Below are positions 26,805 to 38,651 of a stretch of DNA of 64,000 bases, one piece after another; the first letter of the stretch is position 1, and every line of letters begins with the position of its first letter. The notes under the pieces are model-generated. The model was not told the DNA's origin, ran no database searches, and was given only the letters and a program-made list of their open reading frames with translations. The stretch comes from Selaginella moellendorffii (Eukaryota; Plantae; Lycopodiophyta): the NCBI RefSeq assembly GCF_000143415.4, contig NW_003314273.1, positions 1,390,601-1,454,600 of the forward strand, written 5' to 3'. The position numbers were made by a program, and so were the translations under genes.

Positions 26805-28460
26805 TGTAAGCGACTAAACTTTCCATTCTACTTTAGTCACTTAACCACATCTCCAACCACTTGGAGGAGTCTCACTCACAACCTCCATAAGTCCTGTTCT
26901 GGACTTGGGCTTGCTAGCCTCGAGAATAGCATCCCTGCCACTCAACCTTTGCACTTGGCCCAAGTGCTCCATGTGTCCGATCCCATGACTGACACCCCAA
27001 GGTACCATGGACATATCAGCTGGTTACGCTAAAGCTATGCCCCTTCACCTTGGTCACACCGGTGGTCTAACACCACCTACATCACAGTCTCATCTCTCAA
27101 AGACTAGGCCATCCATCCATGAGTGATCATCCCAGATCCACTCCTTAGCATCCTTATGATGCCCATAAGCATGGGGAATAGCCTTCCCCAATATTCCTTT
27201 TCCGGTCCCCACCAAGTCCCTTTTTGTCTATGGCTATGTTTGCCAACACTGTTATTGGATCAAAACTCACAGACCTGACCACTAAGTCCCACAGTCCTCT
27301 GCGACTTCTTCCACATATGACCGTATCCTTGGTCTCTACACTAGAGGACGGCTCCTCTTCCATTTCACAGTCTGGGACTTTGGGCAACATTTCGGAACAC
27401 CGTGGCCTTATGCTAGCCTTATGGGTACTCTCCCCGCCTTCTGCCTTTGGGTGCTCTAGCCATGGGCTTAAAGCAAGGTTTCGTTGAGCCACACTAGGTA
27501 TCCAAGTAGGTAGTGCCACGCACACTTGGACTGGGAGCATCGATCATTCAATCTCCCGGGGGAATTAGAGCTAGCTCTTGAACACTTTACCAAGCTACCC
27601 CACTTGTCGGTCCATATTCACTCTAGCCTTGGACTTCCCAATGGTCATCCCATCACCCAACAGCTGGGTATGGCCTTCCTGGGCCAAACTGGCCTTTCTT
27701 GGCCAAATTGGCTCCACTGGGCTCCAACCCCCGCACATTCTCCCTACTATACTTTTTGGAACCCCCTGCAGCCCCCCCCCCGGGGGGATGATTTCTTTCA
27801 CCCAATAGCCTATATTAGTATTTAGACTCGGACTCAGACTCGGATTCGGTCTTGGTCTCGACCTCGGACTCGGTCTCGGTCTCAATCTCGGTTCCATCTT
27901 GGACTCCATCTCGGGTCCATTTTGGACTCCGTCTCGGGTCCATTTTGGACTCCATCTCGAGTCCATCTCGGACTCCATCTCAACTCCATCTCAACTCCAT
28001 CTCGGACTCCATTTCGGACTCCATCTCAGACTCCATCTCGGGTCCATCTTGGACTCCATCTCGGACTCCTATTCGGACTCCATCTTGGTTCCATCTCGAA
28101 CTCCATCTTGGGTTCCATCTCAAGTCCATCTCCGACTCCATCTCGGACTCTATCTTGGGTCCATTTTAGACTCCATCTCAGGTCCATCTCGGGTCCATCT
28201 CAGACTCCATCTCGGACTCCATCTCGGGCACTTCCACGTGTCATGTGTTGGTCCTTTTGTGTCCCTTTTCTAAAGACTCATTTATTGTTCTCTTCGTGCT
28301 TGTTCCTCGAGCACTTCATTAGGAGTTCCACTCTCGCTCTCAACCTTTCAAGTCGGAGCTTTTAGTTTAAATGTGTTACACTCATTTGGCTTTCACTTTG
28401 GCCACCACCATATAGTGCCCTTTTGGCTCCTCTTTGGGGCTTAAAGATTTGTGTCTCACA
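26805..28460 (-). mobile_element. Family-A LTR (3' LTR) with internal (GGACTCCATCTC)n array
   Basis: TGTAAGCGACTAA...TTTGTGTCTCACA. A PPT-like tract (rc GGGTGGTGGAGT) is adjacent at 28461-28472, followed by decayed pol-like sequence to ~29640. Confidence 0.85.
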
Positions 28461-29778
28461 ACTCCACCACCCATAGACGAAGTTCGATGTCCTCATCGAA
28501 CGATAAACTATTTTATAAAGTAATACTAATATATAGTACTTTTTCCATCCTTGGCATCTAGCTAATATTTGTCATTGGTTTGACACCGAAGGCTCACTAT
28601 GCCTTGTTGATCCTCTAAGGAGCATAAGCTCTCCAATTTAGAGACTCATTTGACCATTTGTGGTGGTTCTTTCCCTTTATTAGTTTAGTCACTGAACTTG
28701 TTAGAGACACTCTCTCTATCTCAATTCCACTACTCATTCTTGAGTAGTCTCAGTTCCTATTGATATAACCTTTGCATTTTGGAACTTTTAATTTTGACTT
28801 CTCGAAGTCAATTTCCTAGGTGTCTCTGACATTTTGCTTTGCACATTTTGTGCAACTCCATTTCCCCATCCTAGGAAGTTCTCTACTCGAGGGCACTATC
28901 ATCCTTTTTTCTATTTTGTGCCACCTTTGGCACTACATTCCAATTATCATAATTTGTGCTAGGATTGTTCACGACCCTATCATTTGGCTACTTTATCACT
29001 CCCTCACTTGGAGGTTTTACTTTGCCAAATTGGAACACTTGGGAATCCATCCCTGAAAGTACACTTCCTTTCCCATAATCCATTAGCATCCAACACATTA
29101 GTATTCCTTGGCTAACTTTGCCATTTAAATTCCTTTCAATGAATCCCATGGCTGAAACTTGGCCACTAGTCTCTTGCTCCTATCCATTAATTATTGCACC
29201 ACACAACATAAGCTCACTACTTCCATCCTTGAGGTATTCTTTCGGTTCCATAGCAAAGGCTCCACATTACCAAGTCGAAAGGGTGCTCACCTCTAGTAAG
29301 TCTCTTTAGCATTCTTTGCTAAGGGCTCTATCCATATCCCAAGTTTGTGACCCTTTTATAGGTCTTTCCTAGAAACTACTTTCTTGGACTTACTATACCA
29401 TTGCATTGACACCATTGATTTCCCTTTTCGGTGTTTTTCCCACTTGGTCACTTTGACTAAGTCATGTGATTACCAATAGTTTAAATCATCACTTTGAACT
29501 AGGAATTTTATTCCTTAACCAAACAAGGACTTTGTCTTTATTTAGCCACAAGATCACCTAGGGATCTCACCTTAGTCACCTTGATAGGTTTGCCAATAGG
29601 TATGAGGTTTTCCAGACCTTTAACTTGTTGACCATGACCCCGGGGGCATCCCCCACACTTGGCAGTGCACCCAAGCCAACCCTTCCGGCCAAGGGTCCAT
29701 AGCAACTGAGACTGGGTGTCACCATCTCATTCACCACATATTTGGTGCCATTTGCATCAAAGTGTTCAAGTTAGATAT

Positions 29779-32444
29779 TGTAAGTGACTAATTTTTCCAT
29801 TTTACTTTAGTCACTTAACCGCACTATAAGTGATTAATTTTTCCATTTTACTTTAGTCACTTAACCGCACCTCCGACCACTTGGAGGAGTCTCACTCACA
29901 ACCTCGATAAGTCCTATTTTGGACTTGGGCTTACTAGCCCCGAGAATGGCATCCCCGCCACTCAACCTTTGCATTTGGTCCAAGTGCTCCACGTGTCCGA
30001 TCCCATGATCCCAACTATAGTTGTTTCCCACAATTATGTTAGCCTGTTTGCTGCGTCAAACGCTCATTTGGATCACATCCCGAGCTCTCTGAGGAAACCT
30101 TATACTGTTCCCAAGATCCCAAAGTCGTTCCCTTACTTGCCCCTTTTCTATCCACCACATCGCGCCCAAGTTCGTGCATGAACTCGAGTGGAGAGCCATG
30201 TCCTCTCGACGTGCTACTCCTCAAGGATAGGCCCACTCCTAGGACCTTCCGATGCCAATATCAATGGTGATATACTTGAGCACCAATAAAAGTCGGACTA
30301 AGGAACAGCTCCGATACCAAGTTGTAAGCGACTAAATTTTCCATTTTACTTTAGTCACTTAACTGCACCTCCGACCACTTGGAGGAGTCTCATTCACAAC
30401 CTCCATAAGTCCCAATTAGGACTTGGGGCTTGCTAGCCCCGAGAATAGCATCCATGCCACTCAACCTTTGCACTTGGTCTAAGTGCTCCACGTGTCCGAT
30501 CCCATGATCGACACCCCAAGGTACCACCGACATATCGGCCTATTATGCTGAGGCCATACCTATTCACCTTGGTAACACTGGTGGTCCAACACCACCTACA
30601 TTGCAATCCCGTCTCTCATAGACTAAGCCATCCATCCATGAGTGATCATCCCAGATCCACTCCTTAGCATCTTTAGGATGCTCGCAGACTTAGGGAATAA
30701 CCTTCCCCAATATCTCTTTTCCGGTCCCAACCAAGTCCCTCTCTATCGATGGCCGTGTTCACCAACACTGCCACTGGATCAAGGCCTGCAGGCCTGATGT
30801 CTAAGTCCAACTGTCCTCTGGGACTTCCTCACCATGTGACCGTGTCCTTTGTCACCACATCAGAGGGCTACTCCTCTTCCTTTCCATAGTCTGGGACTTT
30901 GGGACAACATTTTGGAACACCATGGCCTTACACAAGCCTTATGGGTACTCTCCCTGCCTTTCGCCTTTAGGTGCTCTAGCCATGGGCTTAGAGCGAGGTT
31001 CCGTTGAGCCACGACAGGTATCCAAGTAAGTAGTGCCACCCACACTTGGACTGGGAGCATCGGCCAGTCAATCTCCCGGGGGAACTAGAGCCGGCTCTTG
31101 AACACTTCACCAAGCTACCCCGCTTGTCGGCTTGTGTTCACTCTAGTCTTGGACTTCCCAGTGGGCAGCTCATCACCCAACACTGGGTCTGGCCTTCCTG
31201 GGCCAAACTGGCCTTTCCTGGCCAAACTGGCTCCACTACAGTCCTCCCCCTTACTATACTTTTGGAGCTCACCAAACCCCCCAGGGTCTGGGAGACGAAC
31301 GCTTTGGGCTTTCACCCTCTCAGACTCGAACTCAGACTTGGACTCGGACTCAGACTCGGACTCGGACTCGGGCTCGGGCTCAGTCTCGGCCTCGGTCTCG
31401 GTCTCGGTCCCGGTCTCGGTCTCGGTCTCGGTCCTGGTCTCGGTCTCGGTCTCGACTTCGGACTCCATCTCGGGTCCATCTCGGACTCCATCTCGGACTC
31501 CATCTCGGGTCCATCTCGGACTCCATCTCGGACTCCATCTCGTGTCCATCTCGGACTCCATCTCGGACTCCATCTCGTGTCCATCTCGGGTCCATCTTGG
31601 ACTCCATCTCGGGTCCATCTCGGGTCCCATCTCGGACTCCATCTCGGGTCCATCTCGGACTCCAACTCGGACTCCACCTCGGACTCCATCTCGGACTCCA
31701 TCTCGGGTCCATCTCGGACTCCATCTCGGGTCCGTCTCGGACTCAATCTCGGATCCATCTCAGACTCCATCTCGAACTCCATCTCGGACTCCACCTCGGA
31801 CTCCATCTCGGGGTCCATCTCGGACTCCAACTCGGGTCCATCTCGGACACTTCCACGTGTCATGTGTTGGTCCTTTTGAGTCCCTTTTTGGATCCTCGTT
31901 TATTGCTTGCTTCGTGCTCATTCCTCGAGCACCTCGTTAGGAGTTCCACTCCCGCTCTTGACTTTTCAAGTCGGAGCTTTTGGTCCAAACATGTTACGCT
32001 CGTTTGGCTCTCGCTTCGGCCACTACCACGTGGCGCCCTTCCGGCTCCACTTTGGGGCCTAGGGATTTTGTGTCTCACACTCGGGTCCATCTCGGACTCC
32101 ATCTTGGGTCCATCTTGGACTCCATCTCGAACTCCATCTCGGTCCATCTCGGACTCCATCTCGGACTCCACCTCGGACTCCAACTCGGGTCCATCTCGGA
32201 CTTCATCTCGGACACTTCCACGTGTCATGTGTTGGTCCTTTTGGGTCCCTTTTTGGAGCCTTGCTTATTGCTCACTTCATGCTCGTTCCTTGAGCACTCC
32301 ATTGGGAGTTCCACTCCCGCTCTCAACCTCTCAAGTCGGAGCCTTTTAGTCCAAACGTGTTACGCTCGTTTGGTTTTTGCTTCGGCTAGTACCACGTGGC
32401 ACCCTTTCGGCTCCACTTTGGAGCTTAGGGATTTGTGTCTCACA
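29779..32444 (-). mobile_element. Composite family-A LTR element flanked by TSD GATAT
   Basis: GATAT at 29774-29778 and 32445-32449. It contains a partial LTR (29779-~30008), a leader, a Met-i PBS (rc GCTCCGATACCA, 30308-30319), a full LTR (30323-32079) and an extra LTR terminus (32080-32444). Confidence 0.8.
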
Positions 32445-32780
32445 GATATGCCAAGCCACACTAAGCAATCTAACTGTGTATCACAACTCCGTGGCATCCC
32501 CCGCTTCGCAGTGTGCCCAAGTTAGTCTCCTTACTGAGAGTCCATGACCACCAAAAAATGAATGTCCTCATATTCCAAACCATCACTGCGCCCTAGTGAG
32601 TTGGGACTCGAACCCAAGCACTAGAAGGTCGGGACTCGAACCCAACCTCTGTATATACATCTACGGATGGCATCACCCAGGATGCCTAGCGTGACTCCCC
32701 ACGCCAGTGCACCAACTTATACTTAAAGCGCGCTATAGATCACAACTTAGGAACTTAGTTCCTCCACATTGCTAAGCCCT

Positions 32781-33448
32781 TGTAAGCTACTGAGTTTGGA
32801 CTTCCCGGGAGGTCACCCAGCCCAGTACTATTCAAACCCAAGGACGCTTAACCCCAGATATCTCAAGACCATTAACCGATTGGAAAAGGGGGTGCACTCT
32901 TGTTCATGGGCCCTTTTCCCTCTATATTTAAACCCCATGGACCATTTTTTGAGTCATTCCCTTTGGTTGCTTATAATCCACCACGCTTCCTTACAAGTTC
33001 ACGCCCTCGTGAATGGAAGCTGAGAGCCACAACTCTCCCGAGAGCCCCGCTCTCTTGACACTCTACCCCTCGGGTTGAGCCCAACGGAAGCAAACTGGAC
33101 CAGCCAAATGTCAATCAACATGTGGTGTGATTTCCATAGCCAACCAACAGAGTTGGATCTGAGACCCCTTTGATACCAAATGTAAACTCTTGTTCATGGG
33201 CCTTTTCCCTCTATATTTGAACCCCAACAGATCGTTTTTCGAGTCGTTCCCTTTGGTTGCTTACAATCCACCACGCTTTCCTACAAGTTCATGCCCTCGT
33301 GAATGGAAGCTGAGAGCTGCAACTCTCTTGAGAGAGAGAGCTCTTGACACCCTACCCCTCGAGTCGAGCCCAGCGGGAGCAAACTGGACCAGCCAGATGT
33401 CAATTAACATGTGGTGTAATTCCCCTTGCCAACCAACAAAGTCGGACC
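32781..33448 (-). mobile_element. Cassandra-like TRIM tandem array (LTR-internal-deleted LTR-internal), copy 2
   Basis: LTR 32781-32975 with 5S-derived segment 32798-32852; internal region 32976-33180 with PPT and PBS; second LTR 33181-33265 lacking the 5S part; second internal region to ~33448. Confidence 0.88.
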
Positions 33449-33479
33449 TAAGGATTTATCCCCCAAGGTTCCAAGGATC

Positions 33480-36400
33480 CACGGTGACAGTATATCCAAA
33501 TCTCATCCTATGATCACATACGCTACACTCACAACAAACTCAGTAACTTATAGCCCTCTCACTTGACAAATCTGTGATCATGCATGAACTCCTTTATGCT
33601 TGGCCCCATGGGCCACCCCTTTTGAAGTTAGCACCTTCAACTAGGGGATTTGTTCCCCTAACTTAGCAATCTTGCTTAGCAAGTCATCCGACCAATGTAA
33701 TATGGTTTCATGCATAAGTGTGAAAGTCCTTGACTATCGACTTTCATTCAAAGCTATCCCTTTGAACACTTGGGAACTACTTCCCCAACTTTGATAGCAT
33801 TGCTTTATGGCAAGCTTCAAGACCACACTTCTGCTGCACCACTTTGATTTCACGCATTCTATAAACCATTTACACTTGGCTTTTTAGGTACTCAGCTATC
33901 AAGAATTATCTTTAAGAACCTTGAAGGAATTCTGTCCCTTAACTTGCTAAAGCCTCTCCTCTTGCAAGCTTTCTAATTGCCATATGGTCTAACATGGACA
34001 ATTCCATACTTTAAACTCTCTATGGCATCACAGTTGCTAGTAACAACATGCTCAAGGATTTATCCCGTCCCTGCAACCTTAGACGTTTAGATAGCACCTC
34101 CTATCCATTATTCGCTAGGGACTTAGTCCCTTGGGCTTTGTCTATTGCCCTCACGACACCAAACACCACCTCCTAGTGTTCTAGAGTGTTTGAGTATCTC
34201 AATGATAGCCTTATTTGACAATGAGAATTCCCTCTACGACATTGACTTACTATATCACAACATAAGCAATTTATCCCCCATAAGGATATATCTAACTTCC
34301 TTATCCTAGAAGTCTTGGGTAGTTACATTCTACCAATTTAACCAATTATTTTGCACCTTTTGCTTAGTTGCCTCATAAGTCCTACAACTCATTACTGGTG
34401 TTTTCACACTTCCATCATTACTTAGGTCACCATACTCCAACCGCATGCCTTTTAGTTTAGGTTATGCCATTCCCATTTCCATTAGGATTTCTTTGTGAAG
34501 GGGTTCTTATGAACCTGCCAACTTGACCTCAAAGCATCACGCCTTGGCACATTCGGTGTCTCCACACCATCGGGTCCACGAGCCTACCTTTATGACACTT
34601 TTACTTGTGTCTAGGTCCTTGCCAAAATGAATGCGGTCCTTTCTCATGCCAACTATCCATTAGCATTGCACTATAGAGTTTACATACAACTTTGTGTCAA
34701 AGTTGTTTTCTTCTGGGAACACTTTTCCCATGACTTTAGTATGGCATATTCTGCCATCAATGAAATACCCACTATTTTCATACTTAGATCTTATGATCCT
34801 CCCCCTTCTTCATGGGGCAGAACACACCTCAGTCCAAATGTTTTTACGAATCCCTTAGAACCATTCCTCGACTCTACTTAAGTTATCTAGCATTTTTGGA
34901 CTTTATAATCCAAAGTTCCATAAAGTCCTATTTTTGAAGTGCCAGCTAACTGGAATACAACATTTTGTCTTCATGTCCTACTCACAAGCACCATCTTTAC
35001 AAATGTTACTCCAACACTTGATTTTGTCCTCTGGGGGCAACTTTTGCCCCTTAGGACTACTTGTCCATGTGATGAGAATACCAACTCGTCCTCCAAATAC
35101 ACCCCCAACTCCTTGGGTTGTTCCAGCATTTATTAACGGTAGCCCCGACTACCATTTCAAGGACTTGTGTCCTCTTGTGAGACACAAAATCCCTAGGCCC
35201 CAAAGTGGAGCCGAAAAGGCACCACATTCTACGCCTTGGAGTTTGTTCGCAATGGGCACCGACTTAGTGCTGGAAGTACACTGGGGAGGTAGGCGCTCCA
35301 AGACATAGCATCACGTCTTGGGGCATAACAGGTGGCTTCAGCTTGTGCAGTGGAATCACCTTGGAGGCGAGTGACCCATGAGCGACGCCGGGTCATCGTG
35401 CTCGAGTTGGACTGCTTGGCTGCAACGACGTCGAGCTAGATCGACATGGTGTTCGTCCGGCTTGACATCATTGTGACCGAGTGGAGGAGTGGCGAGGCGA
35501 AGCAGGTGGCTTCAAGCTCCGCGGTGGAGTCACCTGGGAGGTGGACGGCCCAAGAGCAGCGCCGGGCGTTCGCGCTCATAGTTTCACTAGTTTCTTCGAG
35601 AGTGCGCTCTCAATGTTGTTTTGATCCCTTTGGGATTGGGGTAATGTACATATATGTTTAGCGAAAAGGCACCACGTGGTAGGGGCCGAAGCGAAAGCCA
35701 AATGAGCATAACACATTTGGATTAAAAGCTCCGACTTGAAAAGGTTGAGAGTGGGAATGGAACTCCCAAAGAAGTGCTTGAGGAACAAGCACGAGGCGAG
35801 CCATGAGTGAGTCTCTAGAAAAGGGGACACCAGAGGACCAAAATGTGACATATGAAAGTGTCTGAGAAGGAGTCCGAGACGGACCCGAGGTGGAGACCAA
35901 GATGAAGTCCGAGATGGACCCGAGATGGAGTCCGAGATGGAGTCCTAGATGGACCCAAGTTAGAGTCTGAGGTGGACCCGAGATGGAGTCCGAGACAGAC
36001 CTGAGATGGAGTTCAAGACGGACTCAAGATGGAGTCCGAGATGGAGTCCGAGATGGAACCGAGACTGAGATTGAGATCGAGACCAAGACCGAGACCGAGA
36101 CCAACACTGAGTCCGAGTCCGAGTCCGAAACCGGGACCGAGACCGAGTCTAAGTCCGAATACTAATACAGGCAGTTGGGTGAAAGCCCAAAGCAATCGTC
36201 CCCTAGGGGGGGGAGGGGGGCTGTGGGGGGTTTCAAAAGTCCAAAAGTATAGTAGGGAGAGTGTAGGGGTTGGAGCCCAGTGGAGCCAGTTTGGCCAGGA
36301 AAGGCCAGTTTGGTCCAGGAAAGGCCAGTTTGGCTCAAGAAGGCCATACCCAGTGTTAGGTGATGAATTGACCACTAGGAAGTCCAAGACTAGAGTGAAT

Positions 36401-37893
36401 ACGGACTGACAAGCAGGGTAGCTTGGTGAAGTGTTCAAGAGCCAGCTATAGTTCCCTCGGGAGATCGAATGGTTGATGCTCCCAGTCCAAGTGTGGGTGG
36501 CACTACCTACTTGGATACCTGGCGTGGCTCAATGGAACCTCAGTCTAAGCCCATGGCTAGAGCACCCAAAGGTAGAAGGCGGGGAGAGTACCCACAAGGC
36601 TGGCGTAAGGCCATGGTGTTCCGAAATGTTGCCCAAAGTCCCAGACTGTGAAATGGAAGAGGAGCCATTCTCTAGTGTAGAGACCAAGGATATGGTTAGG
36701 TGAGGAGGAAGTCCCAGAGGACCGTGGGACTTAGTGGTTGGGCCTATGGGCCTCAATCTAGTGGCAGTGTTAGCGAACACGGCCATGGGCAGAAAGGGAC
36801 TTGGTGAGGACCGGAAAAGGGATAATGGGAAAGTCTATTCTCCATGTCTGTGGGCATCCTAAGGATGTTAAGGAGTGGATCTGGGATGATCACTCATGGA
36901 CGGATGGCCTAGTCTTTGAGAGACAGGACTGGGATGTAGGTGGTGTCAGACCACCGGTGTGACCAAAGTGAATGAGCATGGCCTTAGCGTAACGGGTTGA
37001 TATGTTGGTGGTACCTTGCGGTGTTGGTCATGGGATTAGACACGTGGAGCACTTGGACCAAGTGCAATGGTTGAGTGGCATGGATGTCATTCTTGGGGCT
37101 AGCAAGTTCCTAAGTCCAGAATAGGACTTACGGAGGTTGTGAGTGAGACTCCTCCAAGTGGTCAAAGGTGTGGTTAAGTGACTAAAGTAGAATGGAAAAT
37201 TTAGTCGCTTACACCTCTTCCGTATTTGACCTCCTATGGTCATTAATTCTGGTTTCACATTCATGAGCACTAACTTCAACTATATGAGGATAATCTTGTG
37301 ACTCCTTTATTGCTTTGGAGTCTCTATCCTTCCCGTCATCCCAACTATAGTTGTTTACTACAACTATATTAGCCAGTTTGCTAAGTCAAACACTCATATG
37401 GATGACATCATCAACTCTCTCAGGAAACTTTTATATTGTTCCCAAGGTCTCAAAGTCGTTCCCTTACTGGCCCTTTTCTATCCACCACATTGCGCACAAG
37501 TTCACACATGAACTTGAGTGGAGAGATATGTCCTCTCGACATGCTACTCCTTAAGGATAGATCCATACTTAGAACCTTTAAATTTCAATACAAGTGGTGA
37601 TATACTTTGCCACCAATAACAGTCAGATTAAGGAATAGCTCCGATACCAAATTGTAAGTGACAAAAATTTTCATTCTACTTTAGTCACTTAACCACACCT
37701 CCAACCACTTGGAAGAGTATCACTCACAACCTCCATAAGTCTTGTTATGAACTTGGGCTTGTTAGCCCCGTCCCTGCCACTCAACCTTTGCACTTGGCCC
37801 AAGTGCTCTATGTGTCCAATCCCCCAAGGTACCACAAACATATCAACCGGTTACGCTAAGGCCATGCCCCTTCACCTTGGTCATACCAATAGT
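33480..37893 (-). mobile_element. Decayed family-A element: truncated 5' LTR (37653-37893), PBS and degenerate internal region, interrupted by a solo LTR
   Basis: Met-i PBS rc GCTCCGATACCA at 37638-37649 lies next to TGTAAGTGAC. The leader at ~37340-37637 matches 30010-30307. The internal region has no intact ORF. Confidence 0.65.
35176..37213 (+). mobile_element. Family-A solo LTR with TSD CCTCT, carrying a 436-bp insertion
   Basis: CCTCT|TGTGAGACAC...TTAGTCGCTTACA|CCTCT. The insert at 35226-35661 is flanked by direct repeats CGAAAAGGCACCAC. Confidence 0.92.
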
Positions 37894-38170
37894 TTAAGGA
37901 ATCGTACAGGAAATTAGAGAGTCAAGAATAAGGAAGTGTCTCGAGAGTCAGGAATATGGTCTGCAGTTCAGGAATCTAGCGAGAGTCAAGAATGTGGCAA
38001 GAATTGGGGGATTCTTGATAGCACCCCCTCTTCAAGAATGAGTGGAATGATGACGTGAATGAGAATGAAGAGGAGGATGAGATGGGCGTCAAGGAATAGG
38101 AGATGGAGAATGAAAAGAATGAGGACTAGGACAAGAAGGATAGCAGCGGTGGAAGTCGTGAACAAGGTCA
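37894..38170 (-). mobile_element. Chromovirus 3' end: partial 3' LTR (37894-38020), PPT and chromodomain C-terminus
   Basis: The LTR piece matches 61250-61373. PPT rc GAAGAGGGGGTGC at 38021-38033. The translation DLVHDFHRCYP continues HSP from 48999 across the inserted DNA transposon. Confidence 0.85.
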
Positions 38171-38651
38171 AAGCTCTATTTCGTTAAAGTGGGAATTGTC
38201 ATTATCCCACTTGTAAAATAAGGTTTCCAAACCTTTATATAGTATATAAATATAACAAAATTCAACTGCATTGAGGCACATGCCATTTTATTTTAAACAA
38301 GGAAATGTCTACTCAATCACTTCTCCTCCCCCTGCCACTGCTTCACCTCTCTCTTCTCCTTGTCATCGTCGTCCAATTTCTTTCCATCCTTTTAATATTG
38401 GCTCAATTGCTCCGAGTCTAGGTGGAGCCCAAGTCCCCATTCAATCTTTACTTTCCCCTTATTAATAAAACAACTTCGTAGACTTCCAATAACATGCTGT
38501 AACACTTCTAGTATAATGGAAATCCTCTCAAAGAATTGTCTTTTAATATTAATACAATGGCATGGAACCCCATGCCATAATAAGTTACATTTTTAAATAA
38601 ATACATGCCATCTTAGACTGTTATTTTTTGCCTCCAACGCCTATACAATAA

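Noticed and set aside
31046-32525. Long overlapping ORFs (RTPS/LGLH/SDSI repeats), also near 27.9, 36, 54 and 57.5 kb
   Set aside because: All frames are open only because the LTR minisatellite lacks stop codons. These are not genes.
32580-32720. tRNA gene
   Set aside because: B-boxes are present but there is no A-box or cloverleaf.
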